64,000 nt of DNA from Escherichia coli phage AZ21: the sequence record LC788708.1. One strand, given 5' to 3'. The notes beneath the pieces were generated by a model, which searched no databases, had not been told where the DNA came from, and saw only the letters and a list, made by a program, of their open reading frames with translations. Positions 8,736-17,544 of the stretch are shown here, piece by piece. A program made the position numbers and the translations under genes. Every line of letters begins with the position of its first letter. Position 1 is the stretch's first letter.

Positions 8736-8741
8736 TATAAT
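8713..8741 (+). promoter_or_regulatory. promoter embedded in 3' end of Toprim gene, driving tRNA-Ser/Met
   Basis: TTGCCA-17-TATAAT then TTCATAAATTTGG immediately before tRNA-Ser. Confidence 0.55.
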
Positions 8742-8755
8742 ATATTCATAAATTT

Positions 8756-8849
8756 GGAAGATTAACCCTAAAGGTAAGGGAGCTGTTTGCTAAACAGCCA
8801 GTAGCTGTGGAGACACGGTGTGCCAGTTCGAATCTGGCATCTTCCTCCA
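8756..8849 (+). tRNA. tRNA-Ser (anticodon GCU), type II
   Basis: Acceptor GGAAGAT/ATCTTCC, anticodon stem GCTGT/ACAGC with loop TTGCTAA, long variable arm CTGTG-GAGA-CACGG, T-arm GCCAG-TTCGAAT-CTGGC, CCA. Confidence 0.75.
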
Positions 8850-8854
8850 AATTT

Positions 8855-8932
8855 GGTTCTCAAGCTCATTTGGTATGAGCCGTCGCCTCATAAGCGAAAG
8901 GTAGGCAGGTTCGAATCCTCCGGGAGCCACCA
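8855..8932 (+). tRNA. tRNA-Met/Ile-type (anticodon CAU)
   Basis: Acceptor GGTTCTC/GGGAGCC (G-U pairs), D-stem GCTC/GAGC, anticodon loop CTCATAA, T-loop TTCGAAT, CCA. Confidence 0.65.
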
Positions 8933-8951
8933 AATTAAATAAGGACAACTA

Positions 8952-9140
8952 ATGGAATTATTCATAGTTTCTATTAAATTTGCACAAGATAGAGAACATT
9001 CGGACGAGTTTAAACAAGGGTACAGACTAGTAAAGGCTACATCTGAACTACATGCTATGGACAAAGTAGTAGACTATATGTATAAAGTAGAAGACGTTTA
9101 CTACGTCAATGCTTTAGAAGCCTCAAAAGTAATTAACTAG
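8952..9140 (+). CDS. hypothetical protein
   Basis: 62 aa ORF immediately after tRNA pair, RBS AAGGACAACTAATG. Confidence 0.4.
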   Translation: MELFIVSIKFAQDREHSDEFKQGYRLVKATSELHAMDKVVDYMYKVEDVYYVNALEASKVIN

Positions 9141-9148
9141 GAGACTAT

Positions 9149-9334
9149 ATGTCCAAATTTCAAGAACTCAAGCAAGAGCTAGAAGAGTGTGCCTGCCCAA
9201 AATGCTTCGGAGTAGGTGAGTGGAACGATGCTGAACCCGGTGATACACGGTATAATACATACGTTTGTACATATTGTAATGGTTCTGGTATTAATCCTGA
9301 ATGTGGTATTTCTCTAGACATTGAGCGAGGTTAA
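9149..9334 (+). CDS. small zinc-finger protein (DnaJ-type CxxCxGxG repeats)
   Basis: 61 aa; CPKCFGVGE and CTYCNGSGI motifs; RBS AGGAGACTATATG. Confidence 0.45.
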   Translation: MSKFQELKQELEECACPKCFGVGEWNDAEPGDTRYNTYVCTYCNGSGINPECGISLDIERG

Positions 9335-9674
9335 GATGGATATTTTTACTACTCCGGCAATAAACCTTTTAGGTGTTGGCTTGTTCCAAGCTACGGTGTA
9401 TCGTACTGATGATTCTACTGATGTGGTAACGTTCATCGTACCTGAGTTCTTCCTAGAAAAGTTCTTTGAAGAGTTTGAGCAGTTCCGTGAAGAACACAAT
9501 GCTCATTCCGATATGGAAGATCTAGCAGCTATGTTCCCTGCGGTTTACGGCTATATCTTTGAAGGTAATGGCCTAGATCTTAATAAATCTGAACTCGTTG
9601 AACTTAACTGGGGCATCAATTTTGAAGTTGGCTCTCCATTCCCTCGATATTTCCAGGGTTTAGAGATTCGCTAA
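9321..9674 (+). CDS. hypothetical acidic protein
   Basis: 117 aa ORF overlapping stop of upstream gene. Confidence 0.45.
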   Translation: MSEVKMDIFTTPAINLLGVGLFQATVYRTDDSTDVVTFIVPEFFLEKFFEEFEQFREEHNAHSDMEDLAAMFPAVYGYIFEGNGLDLNKSELVELNWGINFEVGSPFPRYFQGLEIR

Positions 9675-9682
9675 GATTACAT

Positions 9683-9759
9683 GGGGGTGTAATCGAATTG
9701 GCATAGGTACTGGACTTAAAATTCAGGTTTTGTGGGTTCGAATCCCACCACCCCTACCA
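9683..9759 (+). tRNA. tRNA, anticodon read as UAA (Leu-type) on short-variable-arm scaffold
   Basis: Acceptor GGGGGTG/CACCCCT, anticodon stem CTGGA/TTCAG with loop CTTAAAA, T-arm GTGGG-TTCGAAT-CCCAC, CCA; isotype uncertain. Confidence 0.6.
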
Positions 9760-9774
9760 AATTAAGGAAATAAA

Positions 9775-9897
9775 ATGAAAGCTATTAAGAAAGCACTGCG
9801 TAAATTTATGTATTGTCGTTTTCATAGCATCAAGGCTTCAACTAATGGTACTACTTACGATCGCTATGATCCTAAGTTTGGCTTACATTCTAAATAA
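9775..9897 (+). CDS. small hypothetical protein (40 aa)
   Basis: Short ORF with RBS AAGGAAATAAAATG right after tRNA. Confidence 0.3.
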   Translation: MKAIKKALRKFMYCRFHSIKASTNGTTYDRYDPKFGLHSK

Positions 9898-9910
9898 CTG
9901 GAGAAAACAA

Positions 9911-10117
9911 ATGGCTAATCCTGAAATTACGGCACAACGCTTTATGCTGAAAGGAATTATTGCTGAAGCAGGCATGACAGAAGAAGTTGCAGATTTTCAA
10001 AAGCAATTCCTCAATATTCTCACTCAAGCCAAAGAGCTAGGAGAGAAAGAACATGGCGCGGCTATTATGGCAATCACATTGGTTGGGCTTGATCTGGCTG
10101 AAGAATCAGGAGTTTAA
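9911..10117 (+). CDS. hypothetical protein
   Basis: 68 aa from ATG with RBS GGAGAAAACAAATG; in-frame upstream extension lacks RBS. Confidence 0.4.
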   Translation: MANPEITAQRFMLKGIIAEAGMTEEVADFQKQFLNILTQAKELGEKEHGAAIMAITLVGLDLAEESGV

Positions 10118-10206
10118 CTCCTCCAAGCAGAAATTTTAAAAATGTACTTGCTTTTTGCTTAAGATTTCTGCTATAATAGTTATATAAGTTGATGAGAGGA
10201 ATCAGA

Positions 10207-10482
10207 ATGTTAAAACGTTTTGCAGCAACTGGTATTGAAAGCTCAGTATGTAAATCCTGGGGTGGTTGGGAAGGTGAGATCGAGTGGCTTCAGTTCTACA
10301 ATGTAGAACTTCTTCCAGAGATCAAAGCTCAATGTATTGAGGCTGGTATGGCTCCTGATGCTACGGCTGATGTTGAAATCAGCATGAATAAGCTAGAGGG
10401 TCGAGTAGTCACTGTTACTGATGAAGGTGAAGAGGTATTCGAACTTCCATTCACTTTGAAAGTCACTCCTTCATTTGATTAA
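10207..10482 (+). CDS. hypothetical protein
   Basis: 92 aa; promoter and RBS GAGAGGAATCAGAATG. Confidence 0.45.
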   Translation: MLKRFAATGIESSVCKSWGGWEGEIEWLQFYNVELLPEIKAQCIEAGMAPDATADVEISMNKLEGRVVTVTDEGEEVFELPFTLKVTPSFD

Positions 10483-10518
10483 CTGATACAGCACTGAGCA
10501 AGTTCTTTAAAATTTGAC

Positions 10519-10547
10519 TTGCTCAGTGCCTTAAAACTTGATATAAT
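10519..10547 (+). promoter_or_regulatory. promoter upstream of tRNA-Tyr
   Basis: TTGCTC-17-TATAAT. Confidence 0.55.
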
Positions 10548-10612
10548 ATTTATCTAATTTGGAAACATATTTAAAAGTGTTTAAATGAGAATTTTTGAAT
10601 ACTTCTAAATAT

Positions 10613-10700
10613 GGGCGTTTATTCCGTAAGTGGTAGCGGAGGGGATTGTAAATCCCTGGTCATTGCGACTCGAGTGGTTCGACTCCATTAACGCCCACCA
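10613..10700 (+). tRNA. tRNA-Tyr (anticodon GUA), type II
   Basis: Acceptor GGGCGTT/AACGCCC, anticodon stem GGGGA/TCCCT with loop TTGTAAA, long variable arm, T-loop TTCGACT, CCA. Confidence 0.7.
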
Positions 10701-10717
10701 AATTAAAGGTAAAGGAT

Positions 10718-10909
10718 ATGTATATTGATCGGATAATTCAAGAAGCTGCAAATAGGGGTATTATACAGTTGGGTTCACCCGCTGATATAAATAAAGATCT
10801 AATATTAGAAAGCCTCACATTTGGTACAGCTAACTTTGGTCGCGATAGTAATCGTCGATATAGCTTGAAGTTATCTGCACTATCTTTTATCAAGTATAAC
10901 AAATTATAG
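10718..10909 (+). CDS. hypothetical protein
   Basis: 63 aa ORF between two tRNAs, RBS AAAGGTAAAGGATATG. Confidence 0.3.
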   Translation: MYIDRIIQEAANRGIIQLGSPADINKDLILESLTFGTANFGRDSNRRYSLKLSALSFIKYNKL

Positions 10910-10983
10910 TTAGTTGGCAGAGTGGTTATGCACCTCCTTCATACGGAGCGACTACAGTGGTTCAACTCCACTACTAACTACCA
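10908..10983 (+). tRNA. tRNA-Met/Ile-type (anticodon CAU)
   Basis: Acceptor AGTTAGT/ACTAACT, anticodon stem CTCC/GGAG with loop TTCATAC, T-arm AGTGG-TTCAACT-CCACT, CCA. Confidence 0.65.
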
Positions 10984-11166
10984 AAGATAAGATCAGGCCT
11001 TTGTGCCAGATCTCTGTGTTTATTAAACTGAATGGGACTATCAATCCACAAGCCGGACTACGAGCGATTATCGGGTATTCACTTAATAAACAGCCTGCCT
11101 CCCAGTTTTTATCTTGCTTCTGGGTTAACAAAAAGCTGAGCCAAATTCTAACATCAGGGAGATCTA

Positions 11167-11535
11167 ATGAAAGCATATCAAAGTCTTAAGTCTGGCGTAA
11201 TTAACCTTGTTCATGATAACCAGATCATTCAGCTATATTCTAAAGATGGTGAACTTAAACAAAAGGTTCTAGTTGAAGATCTAGAGGGTATCACACCTCA
11301 TTTTGACCCTGAGGCCTTCCGCATTGTAGATGTAGAAGTGGTTCCTCAAGTCGAGGGTGGTCAGCACCTAAATGTCAATGTGTTAAGCCGTGATCAGCTT
11401 TTGGATGCACAGAAACATCCTGAAAAATATCCTCAGTTGACCATCCGTGTCTCTGGCTATGCTGTTCGATTTAACGCATTGACGCGTGAACAACAGAACG
11501 ACGTTATTAGTCGTACATTTACTCAGGCGATATAA
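11167..11535 (+). CDS. grcA: GrcA-like autonomous glycyl-radical cofactor protein
   Basis: 122 aa; C-terminus [12 protein letters not shown]...[36 protein letters not shown] closely matches the E. coli GrcA/PFL glycyl-radical domain incl. RVSGY glycine site. Confidence 0.8.
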   Translation: MKAYQSLKSGVINLVHDNQIIQLYSKDGELKQKVLVEDLEGITPHFDPEAFRIVDVEVVPQVEGGQHLNVNVLSRDQLLDAQKHPEKYPQLTIRVSGYAVRFNALTREQQNDVISRTFTQAI

Positions 11536-11616
11536 TGGGGTTTGGATACGATTTCTCCCAACTACGCAAGGTAGTCGAGCAAACTCCATTTATCTCCCAA
11601 GTTTTAGGAGAAATGT

Positions 11617-11916
11617 GTGGATCGAGCATTAAGACGCCATCACCGGCAACGTGTGAAAAACAATCGCAAGAAGTATTGGACAGTCTTCCCACATGAAGAA
11701 AGCCCTAAGAGGTTAGGCATTATCACTACCACTCCTTGCATCTGTTCTTGTTGGATGTGTGGGAATCCTCGCAAATACTATAAGAATAGTAAAGCAGGCA
11801 TGAAAATTTCGGAGATTAAAAAGATGGATGCAATGATTATGGGCATCACCTTTACAGGTGGTATCTCTGATGAATTCGACGGTTTTGTAACTCAGGATAT
11901 TGTCGAAATTATCTAA
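11617..11916 (+). CDS. hypothetical Cys-rich basic protein
   Basis: 99 aa; TPCICSCWMCGNPRKYY cluster; followed by terminator. Confidence 0.45.
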   Translation: MDRALRRHHRQRVKNNRKKYWTVFPHEESPKRLGIITTTPCICSCWMCGNPRKYYKNSKAGMKISEIKKMDAMIMGITFTGGISDEFDGFVTQDIVEII

Positions 11917-11925
11917 TTAATAATA

Positions 11926-11962
11926 AACCCCAGCTATTGAATACGTAGTCTGGGGTTTTCTT
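11926..11962 (+). terminator. rho-independent terminator
   Basis: AACCCCAG-loop-CTGGGGTT followed by TTCTT. Confidence 0.65.
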
Positions 11963-11980
11963 GTATATAGGATTTTCGAA

Positions 11981-12166
11981 ATGAAAATTTTTAAAGTGAA
12001 CTATAGCGGCCTGTGGTTAGGTGGTACAGCTATTGTTGTTGCGGAAACTGCGGAAGAAGCAATCGAACTGGCTAGAAATCATAGAAGTTCTATAGAATTC
12101 GAGAATGTGACAGCAGAAGAACTCCCTAGCAGTGGGGTAGTATACAACGATAACGGAGACTACTAA
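11981..12166 (+). CDS. hypothetical protein
   Basis: 61 aa ORF after terminator. Confidence 0.4.
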   Translation: MKIFKVNYSGLWLGGTAIVVAETAEEAIELARNHRSSIEFENVTAEELPSSGVVYNDNGDY

Positions 12167-12225
12167 ATGTTATATTTTGAAGTTAGACCACATTAAGTTA
12201 CTTTAACAGACTTAATGGAGGTATT

Positions 12226-12579
12226 ATGAGCCGTACATATCGTAAACAATCGGGGAATCGTCACTGGCGTGATGCACATCGTTCTAAATTCAACTTTACT
12301 CTTGGGTACAATCGTCGTTTCTTTGCTTTGAAGGAGCCAGCAGTCCCGTATACTAGAGAAGAAGTTGAAAAGGAATTACAAGACGATATCATTAAATATG
12401 AGAAGAAGGATGGTTATAACTGGAATTCCATTAGTAAGAATGTTAAGTGGCACTCTAATAAAATGGTTCGTCAAGGGAATCGTCAAGAACTTCACCGCGT
12501 GATGAAAGATCCAGAAAATTACGACTATAATCGCGATCATGACATGCGTAAGCGTGGGTTATGGTGGTGCTATGACTAA
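12226..12579 (+). CDS. hypothetical protein
   Basis: 117 aa ORF, RBS GGAGGTATTATG. Confidence 0.5.
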   Translation: MSRTYRKQSGNRHWRDAHRSKFNFTLGYNRRFFALKEPAVPYTREEVEKELQDDIIKYEKKDGYNWNSISKNVKWHSNKMVRQGNRQELHRVMKDPENYDYNRDHDMRKRGLWWCYD

Positions 12580-12596
12580 ATTCTGAAATAATTCAT

Positions 12597-12625
12597 TTGC
12601 TAAACCTCTCTTTTCTTGCTATAAT
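12597..12625 (+). promoter_or_regulatory. T5-type early sigma70 promoter
   Basis: TTGCTA-17-TATAAT, leader TTTATAAATTGATGAGAGAGG. Confidence 0.65.
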
Positions 12626-12655
12626 ATGTTTATAAATTGATGAGAGAGGTTTGAA

Positions 12656-12937
12656 ATGAAAACTCGTCTAGACTGTGCTGTTCATGTTCTTGAGCATGAT
12701 GTTGCGGGAACCTGTATGTCCTACCATGAAGCAGGTCGTTTAATTAAAGAACGTGTGGCAGATGTGTGCGGATTGAAGATTACTGCTGAGGAAGCTGATG
12801 ATCTTTTAGGTCAAGCACTGGAGAAAACCGAAATGTTCCTCTGCGATTCTTGTTCTTGGTGGTGTGAAGCTCACGAACGTTCTTTCAACGATTATGATGT
12901 ATGTCGTGATTGTAGTGGGGAGGATGAAGATGAATAA
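12656..12937 (+). CDS. hypothetical Cys-rich protein
   Basis: 93 aa; CDSCSWWC and CRDCSGEDEDE C-terminus; promoter and RBS upstream. Confidence 0.5.
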   Translation: MKTRLDCAVHVLEHDVAGTCMSYHEAGRLIKERVADVCGLKITAEEADDLLGQALEKTEMFLCDSCSWWCEAHERSFNDYDVCRDCSGEDEDE

Positions 12938-13229
12938 GTTTATTATTGCACTGATGATCTCCGCAGTTAGTTTCGGTTCTCTGGCGTCTACCAAAGTTTC
13001 TATGAAAAATGGTAATGTTAAAGTCCAACAGAACGGTATTATTACCGAGTATGGTAAAGTTCGCGATGTTAAAGAACGTAATGGTAAAGTAGAAATCTAT
13101 ACTAATAAAAACTTCTCTACTCCAGCCGTTACTATTGGCAAACGTGGTGAAATAACCACTCAACGTACTAATAGTTCCAGCTCTTTTACTTGTCGTTATG
13201 ATTGCGACTTTGAAGGTGAAGATGAATAA
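12930..13229 (+). CDS. small secreted protein
   Basis: Signal peptide MNKFIIALMISAVSFGSLAS; start overlaps upstream stop; ends CDFEGEDE. Confidence 0.5.
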   Translation: MNKFIIALMISAVSFGSLASTKVSMKNGNVKVQQNGIITEYGKVRDVKERNGKVEIYTNKNFSTPAVTIGKRGEITTQRTNSSSSFTCRYDCDFEGEDE

Positions 13230-13617
13230 TTTAGACCCTAGAATTAAATTTGCAATTACAGAAATCCAAGATCAAATTGATGAGGACTTCACTGTTTGGT
13301 CAAGGTCTGGTAATGGGGAATATTGCCAGCTTTATAGCATGAAAATGGGTATCTCAATTGAGCTTAATATCAACTCTGAAGGCAGAGTAGAAGCCCAACC
13401 CATGTTCAGTGTTCCAGGCTTCTCTGGATTTGTTGCAGGTATAAAATTGTGTCTACCAAATAACCATCTTCATCGAATTATTTGTCAGCTAGAGACTATT
13501 AAGCATTTCTTGCCAGAAGATAACATTAATGACTACTACCACGAAGTTGTAGCAGCTCATATGATGAAAGAATCTAAACGTCGGAGAGAAGAACGTGAAA
13601 AGACTAAACATCAATAG
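13222..13617 (+). CDS. hypothetical protein
   Basis: 131 aa, start overlaps upstream stop in same GAAGATGAATAA junction. Confidence 0.45.
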   Translation: MNNLDPRIKFAITEIQDQIDEDFTVWSRSGNGEYCQLYSMKMGISIELNINSEGRVEAQPMFSVPGFSGFVAGIKLCLPNNHLHRIICQLETIKHFLPEDNINDYYHEVVAAHMMKESKRRREEREKTKHQ

Positions 13618-13891
13618 CACAGTGCAGATTCCAGCAACTAAGGATGTTTTAACATTCCTACGGAGTGAAAACGCTCAGTTTTGGCATGATCATGTTGTAA
13701 AGAACGGTAGTATTCCAGATGTAGTTGCCTTTGCCAAAAAACGTATTGAAGAATATAAAGATCCAGAGATTAAAGATGGGATGATCACTATACAATTGTG
13801 GGTAGCCATGAATACGTTTGGGCCTACTATGAGTCTAGGAGTTACTCCACTGTTTACTAATATTCTAATTAAGGAAAAGGATCTGAAATGA
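13595..13891 (+). CDS. hypothetical protein
   Basis: 98 aa ORF in overlapping operon arrangement. Confidence 0.45.
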   Translation: MKRLNINSTVQIPATKDVLTFLRSENAQFWHDHVVKNGSIPDVVAFAKKRIEEYKDPEIKDGMITIQLWVAMNTFGPTMSLGVTPLFTNILIKEKDLK

Positions 13892-14172
13892 TTATCTCTC
13901 CATTTGCTCTTTGGTTCGTCATTGGATCTATAGTAGCTATTTACAGCTTGGTTGATGATCTGTATATTTCTAAGAATAAAGATGTAATATTATACGTTAT
14001 ACATAAAACTCGACCGTTAGATCTGCCTCCTCTTGATGATAAAACATTACTCAGATGTGCTAGATCTATGATATTTGTTGTGGATATTCTTCTAGGCCCA
14101 ACATCTGTGTTTTTCTTTTATAGAAAGACTCGTAATATGAAAAAATTTAAAGCTGAAATGCAGAATACCTAA
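13888..14172 (+). CDS. hypothetical membrane protein
   Basis: 94 aa, two hydrophobic segments; ATGA overlap with upstream gene. Confidence 0.45.
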   Translation: MIISPFALWFVIGSIVAIYSLVDDLYISKNKDVILYVIHKTRPLDLPPLDDKTLLRCARSMIFVVDILLGPTSVFFFYRKTRNMKKFKAEMQNT

Positions 14173-14282
14173 AGAACTCGCGTAGGACCGAGTTGCGTCA
14201 CCTGCAACTGTTACGGATAAGGGAGTCGTGCCCCTTAGTGCGGTAAGTGGTGAGGTGGCTGCTAGCCATAACTGGAGATAAT

Positions 14283-14627
14283 ATGACTATATTACTAATT
14301 CTTGTTACAACTTGGTTTTTAATAGGTGCTGGATACGCAATAGCTATTATTAGACATTTGGACGAATACTCTGCTGAATGGTTTGTTAAATATCTACGTA
14401 TTGATGATCAAGAACAGAAGTTTAAAGATGAAAAGCAGAAAAAAGCAGTAAATAATATGACAGCCAAAGAATGCTTGTTCTACATGCGTATTGTAGGGTT
14501 CTTTGGACTATTAGTTGCTGGCCCAATTGGTTCTACCATTGCTCCCTATAAAGAAACAGTTGCTGACATCAAATTGTGGAGAAATGCAGGGGTACTACGC
14601 AAAGCTAGAGAAACTAATATTACATAA
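14283..14627 (+). CDS. hypothetical membrane protein
   Basis: MTILLILVTTWFLIGAGYAIAII TM helix; RBS GGAGATAATATG; start moved inward from track ORF. Confidence 0.45.
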   Translation: MTILLILVTTWFLIGAGYAIAIIRHLDEYSAEWFVKYLRIDDQEQKFKDEKQKKAVNNMTAKECLFYMRIVGFFGLLVAGPIGSTIAPYKETVADIKLWRNAGVLRKARETNIT

Positions 14628-14781
14628 GATTGATACTAAATCAACTTACTAGCAAAAGCAAATAATGACAAAGTCCAGCCTGCACTTTTGCGACTGGGCT
14701 ATTTTTATAATAAAATTTTAGTTGCTTAGATGCCCAAACTTTTGTATAATATGTTTATAGATTGAGGCAAGAGGATTAAAT

Positions 14782-15480
14782 ATGAGGATTATTTCTAAGT
14801 TCGCCGATGTGTATGATTTGCAGAACAGTTTGTTCGACCCAGATCGTGTTTGGGAACGTAAAACTGAAGAGTTGCTGGTTAAAGTAACCGATGATGCAGA
14901 AAAGAACATTGTGCATACTCGCCAGGTATTTCGTGATGGTTCGCTATCTTTCCGTGGTGATTTCGAATATTTTGTAAACCCACTATTTGTTGCAGGTGAA
15001 GTTTACTGGTTACACGAGCTGTACTGCTGGCATCCAGCATTTAGCTTCAAAACGTTTAATCTCGACACTATGTTCGATAAAATGGAAGAGATGGGATTAC
15101 ATGCTCGCTCTTACTTAATGGATAAGAGTCGTGGAGATGTTCGTGAAACAGTACGTGATTTGCTCTCTGAAGCAAAACCTAAAGCAGAACGTATCTTATC
15201 CGAACTGCGTGTACCGATTGCATATGTGAAAGGTATTAAGAAGAACGATAACGATGATGTTCGTAACTTCGTGATTCAGACTAACATTCGTTTCCATCAG
15301 TCAGGTATTCCGTGGCAGGAAATTGAAAGTAACTTATACCGTTTACACCAAGTTCTCGAACAGTATATCTTCGGTGTACTAGGAACTGGTGAGCCTGATA
15401 TGATTAAAGTATCAGATAAAGACAGGTTAGCAGCGCATGGATTTGATACAAAAACTTCTTTCAGGAATATGGCACGGTAA
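14782..15480 (+). CDS. hypothetical protein
   Basis: 232 aa ORF behind T5-type promoter, RBS AAGAGGATTAAATATG. Confidence 0.5.
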   Translation: MRIISKFADVYDLQNSLFDPDRVWERKTEELLVKVTDDAEKNIVHTRQVFRDGSLSFRGDFEYFVNPLFVAGEVYWLHELYCWHPAFSFKTFNLDTMFDKMEEMGLHARSYLMDKSRGDVRETVRDLLSEAKPKAERILSELRVPIAYVKGIKKNDNDDVRNFVIQTNIRFHQSGIPWQEIESNLYRLHQVLEQYIFGVLGTGEPDMIKVSDKDRLAAHGFDTKTSFRNMAR

Positions 15481-15886
15481 GTGGTATATCCTGGGAGCAG
15501 GTCTAGCGATAGGCATCGGGTTCGGTGCTTATCACTTAGTAGATAAAGTGGAGACTTTAGCAGGAGATCTTGCGGTAGCTACTAAAAAGATTTCTTCTCT
15601 AGAAACTTCCCTTAATAAGGTGAAAGCTGAAAGTGAACTTCGGGAGACTCGGATGAATCAGTATTTCACGATGAATAATACTTCTCAAGCAGATCTAGAC
15701 AAAAAGATTAAGCAGTTAGATAAAGCTCTTAGTCGACAAGATATTATAGCTGCAAAGCCTGGATTGGTAACATTAATTGCTAAAAAGCAGAGTAAAGAGT
15801 TCGAGGAAAGATTAGCGTGTTTAACTGGAAACTTGGAATACTGCTCGCAGCCGCAATCACAATCACAGGCTGTGCAGAAGAAATAA
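15437..15886 (+). CDS. membrane-anchored coiled-coil protein (i-spanin-like)
   Basis: 149 aa; N-terminal TM (YILGAGLAIGIGFGAY) then coiled coil; 3' end overlaps lipoprotein gene. Confidence 0.4.
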   Translation: MDLIQKLLSGIWHGKWYILGAGLAIGIGFGAYHLVDKVETLAGDLAVATKKISSLETSLNKVKAESELRETRMNQYFTMNNTSQADLDKKIKQLDKALSRQDIIAAKPGLVTLIAKKQSKEFEERLACLTGNLEYCSQPQSQSQAVQKK

Positions 15887-16170
15887 AACCAGAGCCATCT
15901 CATGAGTTAAAGCAAGCTCATGTAGACTGGCCTAAAGGACTTCAACCTTGTAGCTTTGACTTTAAGTTTGAAAAGAAATTAGCTACAAATGGAGAAGATG
16001 GCGTAGTAGTTGTTGTACCATACAAAGATTGGAATGCAAAAGCAAAATGTGAGGAAGCAGTTTACTCTTACATTTCACGACTGACTGGTATGGTTTGCTT
16101 CTATCGCCAAGATTTACAAGAAAAACGTTGCTTAGTTTACTATCCACCAATTAACAATAGGAAAGATTAA
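15817..16170 (+). CDS. lipoprotein (o-spanin-like)
   Basis: 117 aa; signal peptide with lipobox AITITGC; start embedded in upstream gene, Rz/Rz1-like layout. Confidence 0.4.
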   Translation: MFNWKLGILLAAAITITGCAEEIKPEPSHELKQAHVDWPKGLQPCSFDFKFEKKLATNGEDGVVVVVPYKDWNAKAKCEEAVYSYISRLTGMVCFYRQDLQEKRCLVYYPPINNRKD

Positions 16171-16922
16171 TGTCAGTATTAGTCGGTTTACATGGTGAAG
16201 CTGGTTCGGGAAAAGATACCGTTGCAAAATTAATTATCGATTGGTGTAATGACACGTATCCAACGTGTTTATCCCGTCGTTATAGTTTTGCTAAGCCCGT
16301 TTATGAACTTGCATCCGTAATCCTCGGTGTAACTCCGGAGTTTCTAGGAGAGCGCAGGGGAAAAGAGATTGACCAATGGTTTACTGTCACACAATCTCAA
16401 TTGGAGCGAGCCAGAGATGTGTGGTTTAAGTACGGTATCGATAAGTTTGAAGACTTCTCGTACATTTGGCCTATTTTTGAGGAAAAGTATCTTAATCCTC
16501 AACAACTTATCTCAGAGAATAAAGAAGACGGATTTTATAGTTTATTTATTTCTCCGAGAAAAATGTTACAGCTCGTAGGGACAGAGCTAGGAAGGCAGCT
16601 GGTGCATGAACGCATTTGGCTCATAATTCTGGAGCAATCCATCGCTAAAGACGACCCAGATGTCGCCGTAATAACAGATGTTAGATTCCCCAATGAAGGA
16701 GAGTTACTCAGAGAAACAAACCATTTAGATATGGATTCTTTGATAGTAAATGTAGTACCCGCTGAGCAGAAGTTCACTATTAAATCAGATCATCCATCTG
16801 AAAGTGGTATTCCTGCAAAATATATTACTCACGAATTAGTTAATAAATTCGATGGTATCAATAACCTTAAACTAGAAGTTTATAACTTCTGTGACTTAGA
16901 GCTAGAACCACTAGTTGGATAA
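16170..16922 (+). CDS. dnk: deoxynucleoside monophosphate kinase
   Basis: 250 aa; P-loop GLHGEAGSGKDT and VITDVRFPNEGE motif typical of phage dNMP kinases. Confidence 0.7.
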   Translation: MSVLVGLHGEAGSGKDTVAKLIIDWCNDTYPTCLSRRYSFAKPVYELASVILGVTPEFLGERRGKEIDQWFTVTQSQLERARDVWFKYGIDKFEDFSYIWPIFEEKYLNPQQLISENKEDGFYSLFISPRKMLQLVGTELGRQLVHERIWLIILEQSIAKDDPDVAVITDVRFPNEGELLRETNHLDMDSLIVNVVPAEQKFTIKSDHPSESGIPAKYITHELVNKFDGINNLKLEVYNFCDLELEPLVG

Positions 16923-16934
16923 TCAAGGATCGCT

Positions 16935-17534
16935 ATGACTAATAAAAAAGAAGAAAAGACTAACCTGTTTCACTCCATTCGCCAATCTAACGAGTATACC
17001 TTTTTCTTTGATGAAGAATTAGGCCCGCCTGATGAATACCGTGATTTATCAATGGTACTTATGCAGGCAAATGAGGACGACGAAATTAATCTGATGATTA
17101 ATGGCCCAGGTGGTTATGTTGATACTGCTGCACAGTTAGCTAACTTAATTGCTAATTGCCGTGGAACAGTTATAGGGCATCTGATTGGTCCTAGTGCTTC
17201 TGCTTACTGCACAATTTTCCTATCCTGTCATGGATGGGTAGTACATCCACATGCTACGTTAATGGGACACACGTTCTCTGGCGGATTCTGTGAGAAAGGT
17301 CAGGAAATCAAGAAAGCCTATGAATCTTACAACAAGTTTGTAGAAGATATGATGCTAGATGTCTACTATCCCTTTTTCTCAATAGATGAAATCGACGAGA
17401 TGGTAAAAGACAACAAAAATATCTATCTAGATAGCAAGGAAATCCATAAGCGTATTGAAATCTTGGCGAAATATCGATCTGAGCAATATAATAAAGCCCA
17501 GTTACCTCAATCCGAGGAGTACAACGAAGAGTAA
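16935..17534 (+). CDS. ClpP-like serine protease family protein
   Basis: 199 aa; INGPGGYVDTAAQLANLI...GPSASAYCTIF resembles ClpP nucleophile region; followed by strong terminator. Confidence 0.5.
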   Translation: MTNKKEEKTNLFHSIRQSNEYTFFFDEELGPPDEYRDLSMVLMQANEDDEINLMINGPGGYVDTAAQLANLIANCRGTVIGHLIGPSASAYCTIFLSCHGWVVHPHATLMGHTFSGGFCEKGQEIKKAYESYNKFVEDMMLDVYYPFFSIDEIDEMVKDNKNIYLDSKEIHKRIEILAKYRSEQYNKAQLPQSEEYNEE

Positions 17535-17544
17535 GTAATTTTAA

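Noticed and set aside
10914-11189. ORF 10914-11189 on the plus strand
   Set aside because: Begins inside the CAU-anticodon tRNA at 10908-10983; translation is low-complexity.
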